64,000 nt of DNA from Octopus sinensis (GCF_006345805.1 NC_043007.1:62186001-62250000), one strand, 5' to 3'; positions 13,579 through 25,912 are shown, counted from the stretch's first letter. Numbers and translations are program-made. The notes: generated from the sequence alone by a model not told the origin.

Positions 13579-14859
13579 CTGGAAGAGAAAGAAAACGATG
13601 AAAGGAAAAAATATCACCAACATTTAAATAAACACTGTAATAAGTTCTGTCCCCTTACTTCCCTCGTATTCATAGAAATGGGATAGATTTTCAGCGCAGT
13701 ATCTCACTAAGCATTATAATTCTGATTTGCTTTATCAGAGAAGTTTTGTTTTCAGATCTCTTCTATTCAATTACTTCCACATTTTTCATGAACCAACTGT
13801 CACTAATCTAAGACATTTTCCCCATTCAGTTTGCATCAAATATTCACTCTGTATCTCAATTGTCATTTCTGTTGCAAGTCTGTTGTCTCTCATCTCACTT
13901 CCAGTTTTTCTTATCAGTCAACAATCCACAATGCTTTCATACACACAAACACATGTAAGTTAAAGCCTGTTTTCCATGCTGGCATGAGTAGGACAGTTTA
14001 AAAGGATCCAGTGAATTGCAGGGCTGCATGTCTCCTTTGGTATGGTTTCTACAGCTGGATATCCTTCCTAAAGCCAACTGCTTTACAGTATATATTGGAT
14101 GCTTTTTTTTTTTTGTACCACTGGCACTAATGAGGTCCCCAAGTCATCATCATCATTTAACGTCCATATAATGTACTGGTATGGGTTGGGCAGTTTCACA
14201 AAAGTTAATAACCCAGAGGACTGCGTTAAGCTCCACTGTCTGCTTTGGCATGGATTTTATAGCTGGATGCCATGGATACTTTTTACATGGCACCAACACT
14301 GGTGAGGTCACCAAGTAACTGGCAAGACAAAGATCTCTAAAATGAGATGTGGAGAGGTATTGAGAGAGGTGCCTTTGTGCCAGATGATGAGAGGTTAGTG
14401 TATGATAGAGGGACAGAGGTAAGCATCTTGCTGTAGAGGAGATACATGGTTATCCCTGTCAGAGAAATTGAAAGAGTGAGGATAAGAAAGAGCAAGAGAT
14501 ATCAAGAGACAGTGACAATGTGCCAGGATATACTCTCAAGTTTCAAAGGATGCGAATATACATGGAATGGTTGAGAATTGCTCAGGGTGCATGTGTAGGG
14601 AGTTCATGAAAGTGCAAAAGGTGAGAAGGAGAGAGGAAAATGGGTTGTGAGTGGTGGAACAGGTATATAAGGGGGATACAACTGGCAGATGGAAGACAGA
14701 ACAGTGTTGGGCTGCAGGAGTGGAGAGGGAGAGATAAGCATAGTACATGAAAAAGAGATGTAGTTTGGGGCATTAGGGTAGGGTGTGTGAATTAATGTTA
14801 CATGTAGGTGGAGTATACAGTGCTTACACAGAACTTAGTTTCACTGAGGTGGGTAAGTC

Positions 14860-16175
14860 TTCTCAAGAACCTCATATCACCGGACATCTCAGTCCACTAT
14901 CATCTCCTCTGTGAGGCCAAACATCTTTACATCAGCCCTCACTACTTCATCTTGTCTTCTTGGGTCCTCATCTTCCACAGGTATTATCCACTATAAGTGA
15001 TCTACCGTCATTCATATGTATCACATTACCAAACCATGGTAGCCGTCTCTCTTGCATGCTACACCTGATTCCTCTAATGCCCAACTTTTCAGCACATTTG
15101 CACCTTGTCATGCATACATACTGATGTTGCTCATCCAACAAAGTATACTTGCTTCATTCCTCTCCAGTCTATGTATGTTGTCTGCATTCAGGATTCACAT
15201 CTCACTACAGAGGAACATAGCTGTTTATACACAAGCATCATACAAACTGCTTTTCACTCTAAAAGAAAAGCTTTTGTTGCCAACAGAGGTGATAGCTCTT
15301 TGAACTTCCTTCATCCTATTCTTTCAGAACAACCTCCAATACTTGTTAATTTGGTCATCTAGGTAACAGAAACTATCTATAAACTTAAAGGAGCCTCCTG
15401 GCTCTATATTTGGAAGACTCTTCTATGCATACTCCACATTTAGTAACCTTTCATAATGGCATTTCCATTTATCTTCTCTGAATCACTATGTGCAAGCATA
15501 CCTTGATCCATTCACACACATTTCTTACCCACAACATCTTTATTTTCTTTAATACACTGCTTTGCAATCCTGAAAACCTCATGCTGTAGAACATTGGCAA
15601 ATCTCTTACAGCTATTCCTTTTGCTATGTAAACCTGTTGTCTAGCCTCCCTTCTGGCTACTTGATATAATTCTCAGCTACCACCTGTTTTCCAGGCCTGT
15701 CTGTTTTTATATCACTGTCTACCACTATATCACCCTCATCCTGACTGGAATTTTACAGTAGTTACATATTTGGTCTGTAGTCCTCAGTAGATTGTCCTAC
15801 AGGAACTTTCAATTGTCTTCTAAGTTATATGTCTAACTCCTCTTTCTCATCTTCACAAGCTTCTATTAGTATGACCCTAAATTTTTGCCAGTTTACTGGA
15901 TCTTTGAGCTTCTATAGCCTTCTTTTCCAGATTGGCTAGTTTCTCCAAACCCTTCAAGCTCTAATTCTGAAGTCACTGACTAATCACCTCTGTTGGATTG
16001 TACATTCTTCACCTGGGAAAGGTTTTACCTTTGCAAGCATCTGTCTATCTCATTGCCTGGTGAGGATATAATCAACTTGGCTTATGTGCCCACCAAACTA
16101 ATAGGTAATCAGGTGGCTGGCTGGCTGGTTTCCTGAAGTTAGGGTTGCAGACTATGAGATCATTTGCAGCACAGA
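14860..16175 (-). mobile_element. Decayed RTE LINE fragment (endonuclease end to RT C-terminus, internally deleted)
   Basis: The minus strand gives remnants such as NDLIVCNPNFRKPASHLITY..QVDYILTR and KPFPGEECT..LVSDFRI (APE C-terminus), plus sequence resembling the 45000-45400 region. Confidence 0.7.
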
Positions 16176-16180
16176 GATCA

Positions 16181-16603
16181 TTTGAAATCACAAACTAAGA
16201 TTTTCCTCAGGAAATTGGACGCTGAACATCCCTTTGAAGAGTTCGGGTCTTCCTTGATAAATAAAACATATGCATACATACATACAGTCCATTTCCTTGT
16301 TTAATTCTATGTTTTCGTTTCTCGTTGTGTTCTACTTTTATTTGTGGTGTCCTGTACTCCTATATATATATGCATATATATATACATATAGATGTAGGTA
16401 TGTACATATATGTATGTATGTATGCATATGTTTTATTTATTAAATTGTTATTATATGACTGAACGCCTCGCGTTGTTTTCTTATTCTCCAAGTAAGTTTT
16501 TATATATATATATATATATATATATGGTAGAAGGACCTGAACGCTTCAAAGGGATGTTTAGCATCCAAGTTCCCGAGGAAAATCCTAATTTGTGATTTCA
16601 AAA
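16181..16603. repeat. Inverted-repeat (MITE-like) element with about 70-bp arms, followed by three 55-60 bp direct repeats to about 16975
   Basis: tttgaaatcacaaactaagattttcctcaggaaattggacgctgaacatccctttgaag at the left pairs with cttcaaagggatgtttagcatccaagttcccgaggaaaatcctaatttgtgatttcaaa at the right. Confidence 0.7.
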
Positions 16604-17389
16604 AGATTATATTTTCCTCAAAGTTAAGTGGGGAAAACACTGATCTTATGAATTTTCTTAAGTCCCACCCACCTACACTGTTGCTTTCCGTACGATTTTG
16701 TTTTCAGATTCGTTTCCTACATGAATGTGAAATAGAAAGATACCCATTTTCCTCAAAGTTACGAGGGAAAAACATCGGATCTTGTGAATTTTCCGAAGTC
16801 CTCTCCCTATCCCCTCAGAAAAGGTTTTCCTCACAAATTCCTTTATAATCGTAATCTATACCGTTTGAAAGGTATTTATATAAAATTTCATTAAAAAAAA
16901 AAAATTTTCCTAAAAGTTATGAAGGAAAAACATCAGATCTTGTGAATTCTCCGAAGTCCTCTCCCCAACCCCCGTTGCTTTTTGTTTTCATATTCGTTTC
17001 CTCCACCTTTTTTTACACCCGTTGCACTGTTTTTTTTTTCATTTTCGATCTCGTTTCCGAGTAATAATGTCAACATTAACCTAAAATTTTCAGGATTTGA
17101 TAGAATCAAGATATTTTATATAGGCTCGAAATGTCAAAGACTCTCTCGTTCTTCCAGAGCGTCAAATACGCTTGTTCATTGTTCCCTCACTTGTCTTCGT
17201 TTTTTGTTTACTGTAAATTCAAACTACTATATAAGCATTAGCTATCTTCCATAATTTGAAAATTAAGTACAATTATGCACTTATAATTTGAATTCTCAGG
17301 TTTTCGTTTGTTACAAGGATTTTTTTTTTTAATTTCCCCCTCCACCCATCCAACGTTATTTTTTATCTTGTTACTGTCACCAAATAACT

Positions 17390-17600
17390 TTTTCTACTAC
17401 AGGCACAAAGCCCGAAATTTTGAGGGAGGGGAACTAGTCGATTACATTGACCCAGTGGTCAACTGGTACCTATTGACTGACCCGAAAGGATGAAAGGCAA
17501 GGTCGACCTCGGCAGAATTTGAACTCAAACTGTAAAGACGAGTAAAATGTCGCCAAACATTTTGTTCGGCTCACTAACGATTCTGCCAATGCGCCGTCTT
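17390..17600 (-). mobile_element. SINE family 2 (tRNA-like head with Nin/Deu-type central domain)
   Basis: The minus strand reads ggcagaatcgttag..gagttcaaattctgccgaggtcgaccttgcctttcatcctttcgggtc..taccag. Copies at about 1-180, 26590-26800, 26860-27060, 42250-42470 and 42740-42945 (all -), and 48490-48680, 52565-52720, 54035-54430 and 56700-56912 (all +). Confidence 0.8.
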
Positions 17601-18205
17601 TACTGTCAGCAAATATACGTTTGTTCGCGTGAAGAGTACCTATTCTTTAGTGGCTTTCAGTTCTGACTGTTTTTATACCAAACAACCATCATAAAGACAA
17701 TAACAATGAGGTATTAAACTATATTTTAGAAGTGTATGGGGAAATAGATCAAAGGGGACTTTTACGCGGTTGCTCCAACTGCTAGAAATAGTAGTCAAAT
17801 CTCCTACAAATTATACAGTATTGTCTTGCAAGAATAGCACTTGAATGTGATCCTAAGATAAAGAAAAATACAGGATAGTCATTGATCAGGATGCTTTTGA
17901 TCAGAAGTTTGCAAGTTCAGAGCCAACCTGAGCTAAACAACCAGAGTGAAAAAGGAACCAATATACAAACTTTACTGAACATGAATTTTTTTTCCCCCCA
18001 ATATTTCTATAGCAAGGTTTCGCCTCGTAGCGACTTTTAATTGAAAGTGATGATAGGGCATTCAGCATTACGTTTAGGATTATAAAAAGAAATATGTTAG
18101 TGTTACGCTCACGCAATTCAAAATTGAAATATTTATAACCTGGAAGCGAAATAGTAATTACATGGAGCAAATCAAGAATTTATAAATATGTAAATAATAT
18201 ATTAC

Positions 18206-18299
18206 CACAATCTTCGAAGACTAAAGAACCTTTGGCGAAGGCTAAAGTTGACATAACAAGTAACAAACTCCAAAACATGCGACCCGATGCCATCGTCAT
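18206..18299 (-). CDS. NPC2: NPC2-like (ML domain) gene, coding exon 1: signal peptide and first Cys
   Basis: Reads MTMASGRMFWSLLLVMSTLAFAKGSLVFEDC-G: a hydrophobic signal peptide followed by FxDCG, as in the NPC2 N-terminus. Phase-1 donor G|gtaata. In-frame alternative ATGs at 18293 and 18278. Confidence 0.9.
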
Positions 18300-18900
18300 A
18301 ATTTAGGAACTGTTCGTCAACTTAATACCGAAGATTAAGAGTGCGTGTTCCGAGTTGAAAATTCAGTTAGCAGTGTTGATTAACCAATATAAGGACTGTA
18401 TGAAAGGGAGCGGAAAAATAAACCATTGAGGAATGAAAGCAGATATGAACAACACAGTTGTTATTGAGTCAGAATCGGTTTATTTATAGTGTTATTATAA
18501 GCAGCGAAGTGAGAAGAGGTGTAGCGAGTAAGAAAAAGAAAACGTAAGCTTGACAGTGTGAGGGAAAAGAAATGAGAAAAGCAAAGTAAAAAGTATGATA
18601 ATAGTAATGGTTGGAGGAAAGGAGCAAAATACTAACACCAATAATGATCAGGGGAGGGAATAAAAGAACATAGTGTGGCGTGATCTGCTAAATGCATTTG
18701 TATAGGAGAGATAAAGAACCAATGGATGCGTCATAGAAACGGCTGAGAAATACGAGTAGGTGGAGATAAAAGAAAAGAAAAAGTTCACCTTCCTTTTAGA
18801 TTTCAAGCACTCCCTGAGAGAGTTTTTGACTACTAAATGCTTGAATGATTTTAGTTGATGAAAATATTTCTATCTACGTTACTTACTTATTTTTTCATTC
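18300..18900 (-). promoter_or_regulatory. Probable 5' UTR and promoter region of the NPC2-like gene
   Basis: Directly upstream of the ATG and non-repetitive. CpG dinucleotides are visibly retained here compared with the CpG-decayed introns. No specific motif is claimed. Confidence 0.4.
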
Positions 18901-19109
18901 GCAAAATATGCTAATACGAACTGATAACCGCTAACTTTATCGTATGAATTATGCTTCAGTTTTTTTTTTTTTTCAAGGCTCTAAAACCCTGAACAAATGG
19001 AATTAAACATTAGTTTTTCAGTCAACACTTTAATTGCTGTACCAAAAGTGTTAAACGAATCAAAAAATTAGAGTATAACTTACGTATCATGCCAAGATCA
19101 GATGATGAT

Positions 19110-19415
19110 CAAAGTGTATTACTCTGACTGGGCCTTTTCCATCGCCTCCACGTTGTACTGGCTGTCCTTCATAAACATCAGCCTCTCAAAGTTACCAACT
19201 GACAGGGTGGTTCTCTTGGCCCTCAAAATATCTTTGCCTATAGAGAATAGGTGCTCAACTACGGCACTGGATGGGATGGCAGTGTTATATTTGGTGAACG
19301 GGTTGATCAACACCTACTCACCCAAAAAGGCAAGTTCAGTAAAGACCTCCTTCGAGACGGTATCCAGCCAGGTCTTCACCAAGTTCTGCGCCTTGGACAA
19401 CAGTGACCATGTTTT
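19110..19415 (-). mobile_element. hAT transposase C-terminal fragment
   Basis: FTKYNTAIPSSAVVEHLFSIGKDILRAKRTTLSVGNFERLMFMK is the hAT dimerisation motif. Confidence 0.85.
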
Positions 19416-20477
19416 TCCGCTTTATTTCTAGCCCCAAATGCTATATTATTTTTATATCTAGCACTATATCTTTCTCGTTTCTAAGTTAAGGGTAAAAATA
19501 AAACAACCATGCTAAACACAAGTGATCTTTGCACACAGATGCACAAAATGATGGCAATTAAATAACGACAGCAGAGTGCACAACAAACATCAGTGATCTG
19601 ACTGTCACCTGTACTCTTGACAAGAGATGCCAGTTAGTCTTTTATACCTACCAGGCTCGTTTGTATTAGCACAAGGTGCTGGGTAATTTTTCATTCCTTT
19701 AAAAAAAAAGTAGAATGGAAACTTTTCATAGATTGGAATTTAGATCCTAATCTCTACAGAAATTTATTTCAAGAAAACATTGAATTTGAATTACTTTTAT
19801 GATCATAGATAACAACTCGGGCTGTAACCTTTGAGCCCATATCAGGCGCGTCAGGCACCTCTAAGACAACTGCCAGATGCTGAACTGCAACCAGGCTCAA
19901 TAAAAGGAGCCTGAGTTATTGGTTGAAAATACATAGTTGAAGTCAGTGTTGGTAGAAATTAAATCAGCTTGCAAATACAAGCTCACTTTACTAAATTTAT
20001 ACTTGGGCTAAACCTGAACAGCCTGAGTGCCGGAGTTGCCACTGATATACATACATACTTACATACATACATACATATACATGCATGCATGCATATATAT
20101 ATATATATATAGATAGATAGATAGACAGATAGATAGATATGTATATGTATATATTAAAAAAAACATAAATTCAGTGAAGAAACACACTCTAAGAAAGAGC
20201 AGTCTATATTTTTATCTGGTGAAGGCCAGTTTATGGGGTTACCCTGGGTTTTCTGTCTTAAGCCATCAGGCATTGGGGTCTGACAATGCGCCATAGAGTT
20301 GAACCCTTTGTGGACGGGAAACCCAGAGTAACCCCATAAACCAGCCTTCACCAGATTATCAATTGCTGTTTTTACTGAGATCTCCCTTTTTAGTAGAAGA
20401 AATAGCTATAACTCTTTGACTGCTATTTCTAAATTCGGTATGTGGTAAGGCAATTCGTTGCTAAACCCTTTATTGCT

Positions 20478-22387
20478 ATATATATATATATATATAATCT
20501 AAGAAATAATAATGTAATCTATATGATTATTGATTGAAAAATATGGATTTCTACTTTTTTATTTGTTAATGATAATTTAGATATCTCTTTCTCTCTTTTC
20601 TCTTTTACTTGTTTCAGTCATTTGACTGCGGCCATGCTGGAGCGCCACCTTTAATCAAGCAACTCGACCCCGGGACTTATTCTTTGTAAGCCCAGTACTT
20701 ATTCTATCGGTCTCTTTTGCCGAACCGCTAAGTGACGGGGACATAAACACACCAGCATCGGATGTCAAGCAATGCTAGGGGGACAAACACAGACACACAA
20801 ACATACACATACATATATATATACATATATCCGACAGGCTTCTTTCAGTTTCCGTCTACCAAATCCACTCACAAGGCATTGGTTGGCCCGAGGCTATAGC
20901 AGAAGACACTTGCCAAGCTGTCACGCAGTGGGATTGAACCCAGAACCATGTGGTTGGTAAGCAAGCTACTGACCGCACAGCCACTCCTGCGCCTGTACAT
21001 TTATTTAATTATTCTTATTATTATAATTATTATATGTGAACTAAAATCGAAAAGTATTTTCTATCTATTTACTCTATTTTTTTATCTTAAATTTTTAACA
21101 TGATAAATGTATTATAGACACCTGGTCCTACTTTTTAGGTTTCAAATTTAGTTAACGGAGTTTCTTCTATAAGAAGAATCATGATTTTATTTCTTTAAGA
21201 AATATTGTTTAATTCTATTTGATTATTTATTTAACTATTATTGTTATCATTGTTGACCTGAGGAGTGACAATACTTTTAAATTGAATTGTTTTTCGATTA
21301 AATTTAAATTTGATTTTAATTCGAATTGAAGTTATAGCCACGAAACGTACATAGTCTTTTTACTTATTATATACTGTTTATTCATTTTTTGTACTTTTTG
21401 TGATCTAGTTATATGCTTATCTCTAATTTATATATATATATATTATATATATATATAATCTAAGAAATAATAATGTAATCTATATGATTATTGATTGAAA
21501 AATATGGATTTCTACTTTTTTATTTGTTAATGATAATTTAGATATCTCTTTCTCTCTTTTCTCTTTTACTTGTTTCAGTCATTTGACTGCGGCCATGCTG
21601 GAGCGCCACCTTTAATCAAGCAACTCGACCCCGGGACTTATTCTTTGTAAGCCCAGTACTTATTCTATCGGTCTCTTTTGCCGAACCGCTAAGTGACGGG
21701 GACATAAACACACCAGCATCGGATGTCAAGCAATGCTAGGGGGACAAACACAGACACACAAACATACACATACATATATATATACATATATCCGACAGGC
21801 TTCTTTCAGTTTCCGTCTACCAAATCCACTCACAAGGCATTGGTTGGCCCGAGGCTATAGCAGAAGACACTTGCCAAGCTGTCACGCAGTGGGATTGAAC
21901 CCAGAACCATGTGGTTGGTAAGCAAGCTACTGACCGCACAGCCACTCCTGCGCCTGTACATTTATTTAATTATTCTTATTATTATAATTATTATATGTGA
22001 ACTAAAATCGAAAAGTATTTTCTATCTATTTACTCTATTTTTTTATCTTAAATTTTTAACATGATAAATGTATTATAGACACCTGGTCCTACTTTTTAGG
22101 TTTCAAATTTAGTTAACGGAGTTTCTTCTATAAGAAGAATCATGATTTTATTTCTTTAAGAAATATTGTTTAATTCTATTTGATTATTTATTTAACTATT
22201 ATTGTTATCATTGTTGACCTGAGGAGTGACAATACTTTTAAATTGAATTGTTTTTCGATTAAATTTAAATTTGATTTTAATTCGAATTGAAGTTATAGCC
22301 ACGAAACGTACATAGTCTTTTTACTTATTATATACTGTTTATTCATTTTTTGTACTTTTTGTGATCTAGTTATATGCTTTATCTCTA

Positions 22388-22425
<38 letters not shown>
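20478..22425 (+). repeat. Near-perfect 961-bp tandem duplication bounded by (TA)n
   Basis: 20496 onward matches 21457 onward (offset 961), and identical ORF translations appear at 20772 and 21733. A 1-bp indel lies near the end. Each unit contains a SINE and a hammerhead-like motif. Confidence 0.95.
21255..21356 (+). ncRNA. Minimal type-I hammerhead ribozyme-like motif with long stem II (second copy at 22216-22317)
   Basis: gac-CTGAGGA-gtg[about 70-nt AT-rich hairpin]cac-GAAA-cgtac-ATA-gtc. Stem I is gac/gtc and stem III is near-palindromic. Confidence 0.5.
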
Positions 22426-22427
<2 letters not shown>

Positions 22428-23135
22428 TAAAGTTAGATAAGGTCGGTTTATGGGATTACCATAGGTTTCACGTCCATAAAGGGCTTGGCTTTATAGTGTA
22501 TCATCAGATTATATAAATATATATATATATATATATAAACTGACACAGAGTATTATCATGGCCTACTAAAAAAGGAAAAAAACTCTAGCCTCTCATCTGT
22601 ATCTCTATGCAAGCTGAAAAGGTTTTTGTGAGTACGTGGTTTGTACAATTTTTCACTGGTAGGAAGGAGGCAAAACATTTGATTGCAGTAGCTTATAACC
22701 ATATTCTGTTTATAGAAATCATACAGATTGTAGTTTAACATTTGTTACTAGGCTGTACTAAATTCATGGAAATATTGCTTATGATTTAAAGCCTTGTTAT
22801 TAAACTTTTGAAAATAGTGACACTACTCTGATAGATGAGATGGTGGTGAGTGAATAACTGAGGTGGGGGATGAAATGATGGTTGGAATTTGATAAGTTCA
22901 GAACTTTATTTATTCATTATTTCATTAAAGATTGCTGTTTTGACCGTGCAGACTTAATCATGAGTGGAATATATATATATACCGTATATTATATATTATG
23001 ATATTTATTTCAATTAGCTTTAAACATTTTATTACACCAATTAAGAAAATAATTATTTAATAAATAATTAAATTAGATTAAGAAAATATGAAATACACCA
23101 TAATAATAATTTAATAAACTTGTATAAGTTTAAAT

Positions 23136-24164
23136 TTATAAATACCTTGTAAGATACTCCTCCAGCTGTTTATGGCTGGCCAAGATCATCTTGCCCAGGG
23201 TGTGGCAGGTCATTGACGTCTTGCTGGAGTTGAACATCCTGATCAGGCTGACAAAGGTGGGAGACTCCATTACATGCAACAGTAGCACATTGTCGACAAA
23301 CAGGTCTACAATCCTTCTATCCACCATAGACTGACAGATGCCAGTACCAGCAGTTTGGGCAAATGCCTTGCCAATGCTAGACTGGCATACTTTCTTTACG
23401 CATGGCTGTGACAGCTGGCTTCTGGCACTGCTACCGGAAGATTACCTGTGTTTCCGATGGGGTGAGCTAGCCTTTGTCCTCTCCTCAAATTGGATGGCAT
23501 GCACTGGGTATTTCCTCTTGACATGCGACTTTAAGTTGTAGAGGCTCGCCACTTGTCCCTTGATGGTAGTCTCCTTGTGCTAGCACATGATGCACCAGAA
23601 GATTTTGGCATTCCTCTTATCCTTTAACATAAGGACAAAGTAGCCCTCCAGGTGGGGCCACAGGTTCTGAGACTACTGGCTCTCAACCTGATCAACTTCT
23701 GCCTCACCCACAGTCATTGCAGACTCCTCAATAGCCCCTTCATCCTCAGGCCGAACAGAAACATTTTCACCTTCCATAAAAATAAGCGATAACTTGATAA
23801 GCCAATAATGTACACTGCTGTTGCTGACACTGTAAGACTGTCTGTAATGTAACATCATCATATGTGAACACAGCTCAAAACTGCAGAATTATACAATGCT
23901 GCTCAGTTAGCTGCTGCTGCATTGACCAATTACATCTTGTCATGTGTACACGTAGTCAGCCAATAGCATGCCTGACAGACTCTTCAAGACATGCCCACAA
24001 CAGACAGGAACAAACATATGAATTTTGATAGTAGACTTAAATTTAGCAGAAGCTAATTGGTCCACTAATGGTTCCCAAAGTTAGCAAAAATGCTAATTTA
24101 CAAAACGAAAAGTTAGCATTGCTAATTCACTGTTAGCGAATTAGCGGAACCATGCCCACCACTA
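23136..24164 (-). mobile_element. hAT transposon 5' part (BED zinc finger), probably the same element as 19110-19415
   Basis: The minus strand reads PWPHLEGYF..WCIMC..YNLKSHVKRKYP (BED finger) and VMESPTFVSLI. The terminus is tagtggtgggcatggttccgctaattcgctaac, with GCTAA subterminal repeats. Confidence 0.8.
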
Positions 24165-24239
24165 CTTATGACATTACAAAGAAATAAAACGTTCATCTTT
24201 ATTTTTATTTTATATAACGTTGACAGTCCTCCACCAGCA

Positions 24240-24700
24240 ATATCCCTAAAAACACACTGGTTATGTGCATACACTCCAATAGCTATACACCTATCCCTGA
24301 CAACGATGAATAACTAGAATGGGTGAGGGGAGAAATTTGACCTATCTTGGAAGCCTTAGCAAAGTCAAGAAAGCAAAAAACGACACCCAAGTAAAGCTTT
24401 ATTAAGGTATTCACAAGACTTAAGTTGACCAAGAAGTCTAAGCAATAGTTTAAGGATTGTATGAGGCAAGATGGTGGAGGAGAGCCTCAGCCAAATTCAT
24501 CACCAACAAGGAGAGAGGTTCAGAAATGTACTGGCTAATGCATGTGATGAAAGGTAAGATGAAATAGAAATTTATAACAGAGAGGACAACTGAGAGTTCT
24601 TACAAGGCAACTTGCAGCATCAACAGACCAGATCTACAACTGGGGTAAGGTTCAAGCACAAAGTTGACCAGATTATGATATTATACCATAGATAGAGCTA
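24240..24700 (-). mobile_element. Highly decayed CR1/L2-like RT fragment
   Basis: The minus strand contains GVVFCFLDFAKASKI (compare FLDFAKAFD). Many stops. Confidence 0.4.
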
Positions 24701-24719
24701 GAGAAGCTAAGAGACAGGC

Positions 24720-25440
24720 TTGGAAAGGCTCAGAGAAAGATAAGGGAGCAAATAGCGATATCAATTATCAAGAAGAGAAGTTAGATATCAGGTATACAGA
24801 GAAAGAGGAAAAGCCGGAAGCAAGAAGTTTGCACATGTTCTGTGCCGTGTCGATCGGAGGCATGGGGGTGTTCGAGATTGCAAAGTAGTGGATCAGAAAG
24901 AATTGAGATGTTTGTGGGGAGAGTATACAAAATGATACCAGCTTATCTGCCTGCACTGACACTGAAAAGAAAGATGCATTCAAGTGCTACAACTAGAGGT
25001 TGTTGAAAGAAGAGAATGCATAGGAGAGATTGATCTCTATATGTGTATATATTTATAAATGTGTGTGTATGTGTTTTTAAGTATATGTGTCCTGTCAAGC
25101 CTATGTATATATATATAGCAGAGGGACTAATCAACTGAAGTTGACAGCTGGGCAGCCAAAAAGTTTGATGAAGGAGATGGAAGCAAGGGCGACAACTAAA
25201 CCATTAGGAATAGTAACAGAAATGCTGAAATAATCAGGTAACATAGGTCACATGCTAGTTACTTGCAAGTAATTAGCATATGATCTAGTTGAGCAAGTTG
25301 TGCAGGGAGATGTCATATCTAATGACTGGCATAGCTGTGTCATCAACAACTACAAGGTCAAAGAAGATGCTCGGGAAAGGGGCAACTGCAAAAGTATTAA
25401 ATTGATGGATCAAGTTATGAAAGTTTCCAAAAGTGTGATA
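24720..25440 (+). mobile_element. Decayed RTE LINE fragment
   Basis: Similar to the reverse complement of 46250-46880 (EMLK...G.VIPNDW...YKVKEDA...IKLMDQVMKV), interrupted by a microsatellite. Confidence 0.65.
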
Positions 25441-25446
25441 ACATAA

Positions 25447-25912
25447 CACTGTGTAACAAAATATTTAATTTTTTTTTTTGTTTTGTTTTGTCTTTAGTCA
25501 GTAAGTGTGTCGTTTCCTATTTGTTTCAATCTAGAAATCAAAGGAAATGACTACTATTCCCTTCAAACTTTGCTTTTGTCACCTGGACATCAATGTTTAG
25601 ATGTCAGACAGATTCAGTGTGAAGTTACCGAAGCAGAAATATCATCATAGCAACTATTCTGCTTTATAATACAGATTTGCTTGTCAGTTGCTTGACCTGA
25701 GCATAGTGGCTGACAATGTGTACTTCTCTGATTATGAACAGGAGTAGTGAGGGAGCATCATAGCCATGTGTTGAGAGAGATTCTTCAGGGTTTAAATAAA
25801 TGTAACGAAAGCAAAGTATGAAGGAAATATTAGCCATTTTTCATACTTTCTAAGTACTTTCAAATAGGAAATAACAGTAGCTTTCCAAGAACAAAAATGA
25901 TGTCACACAGTG
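25447..25912. mobile_element. Non-autonomous Chapaev3-type MITE; other copies at about 3809-4292 and, truncated, 1478-1790
   Basis: TIRs cactgtgtaaca / tgtcacacagtg with a TAA TSD on both sides. The internal sequence is shared among the three copies. Confidence 0.8.
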
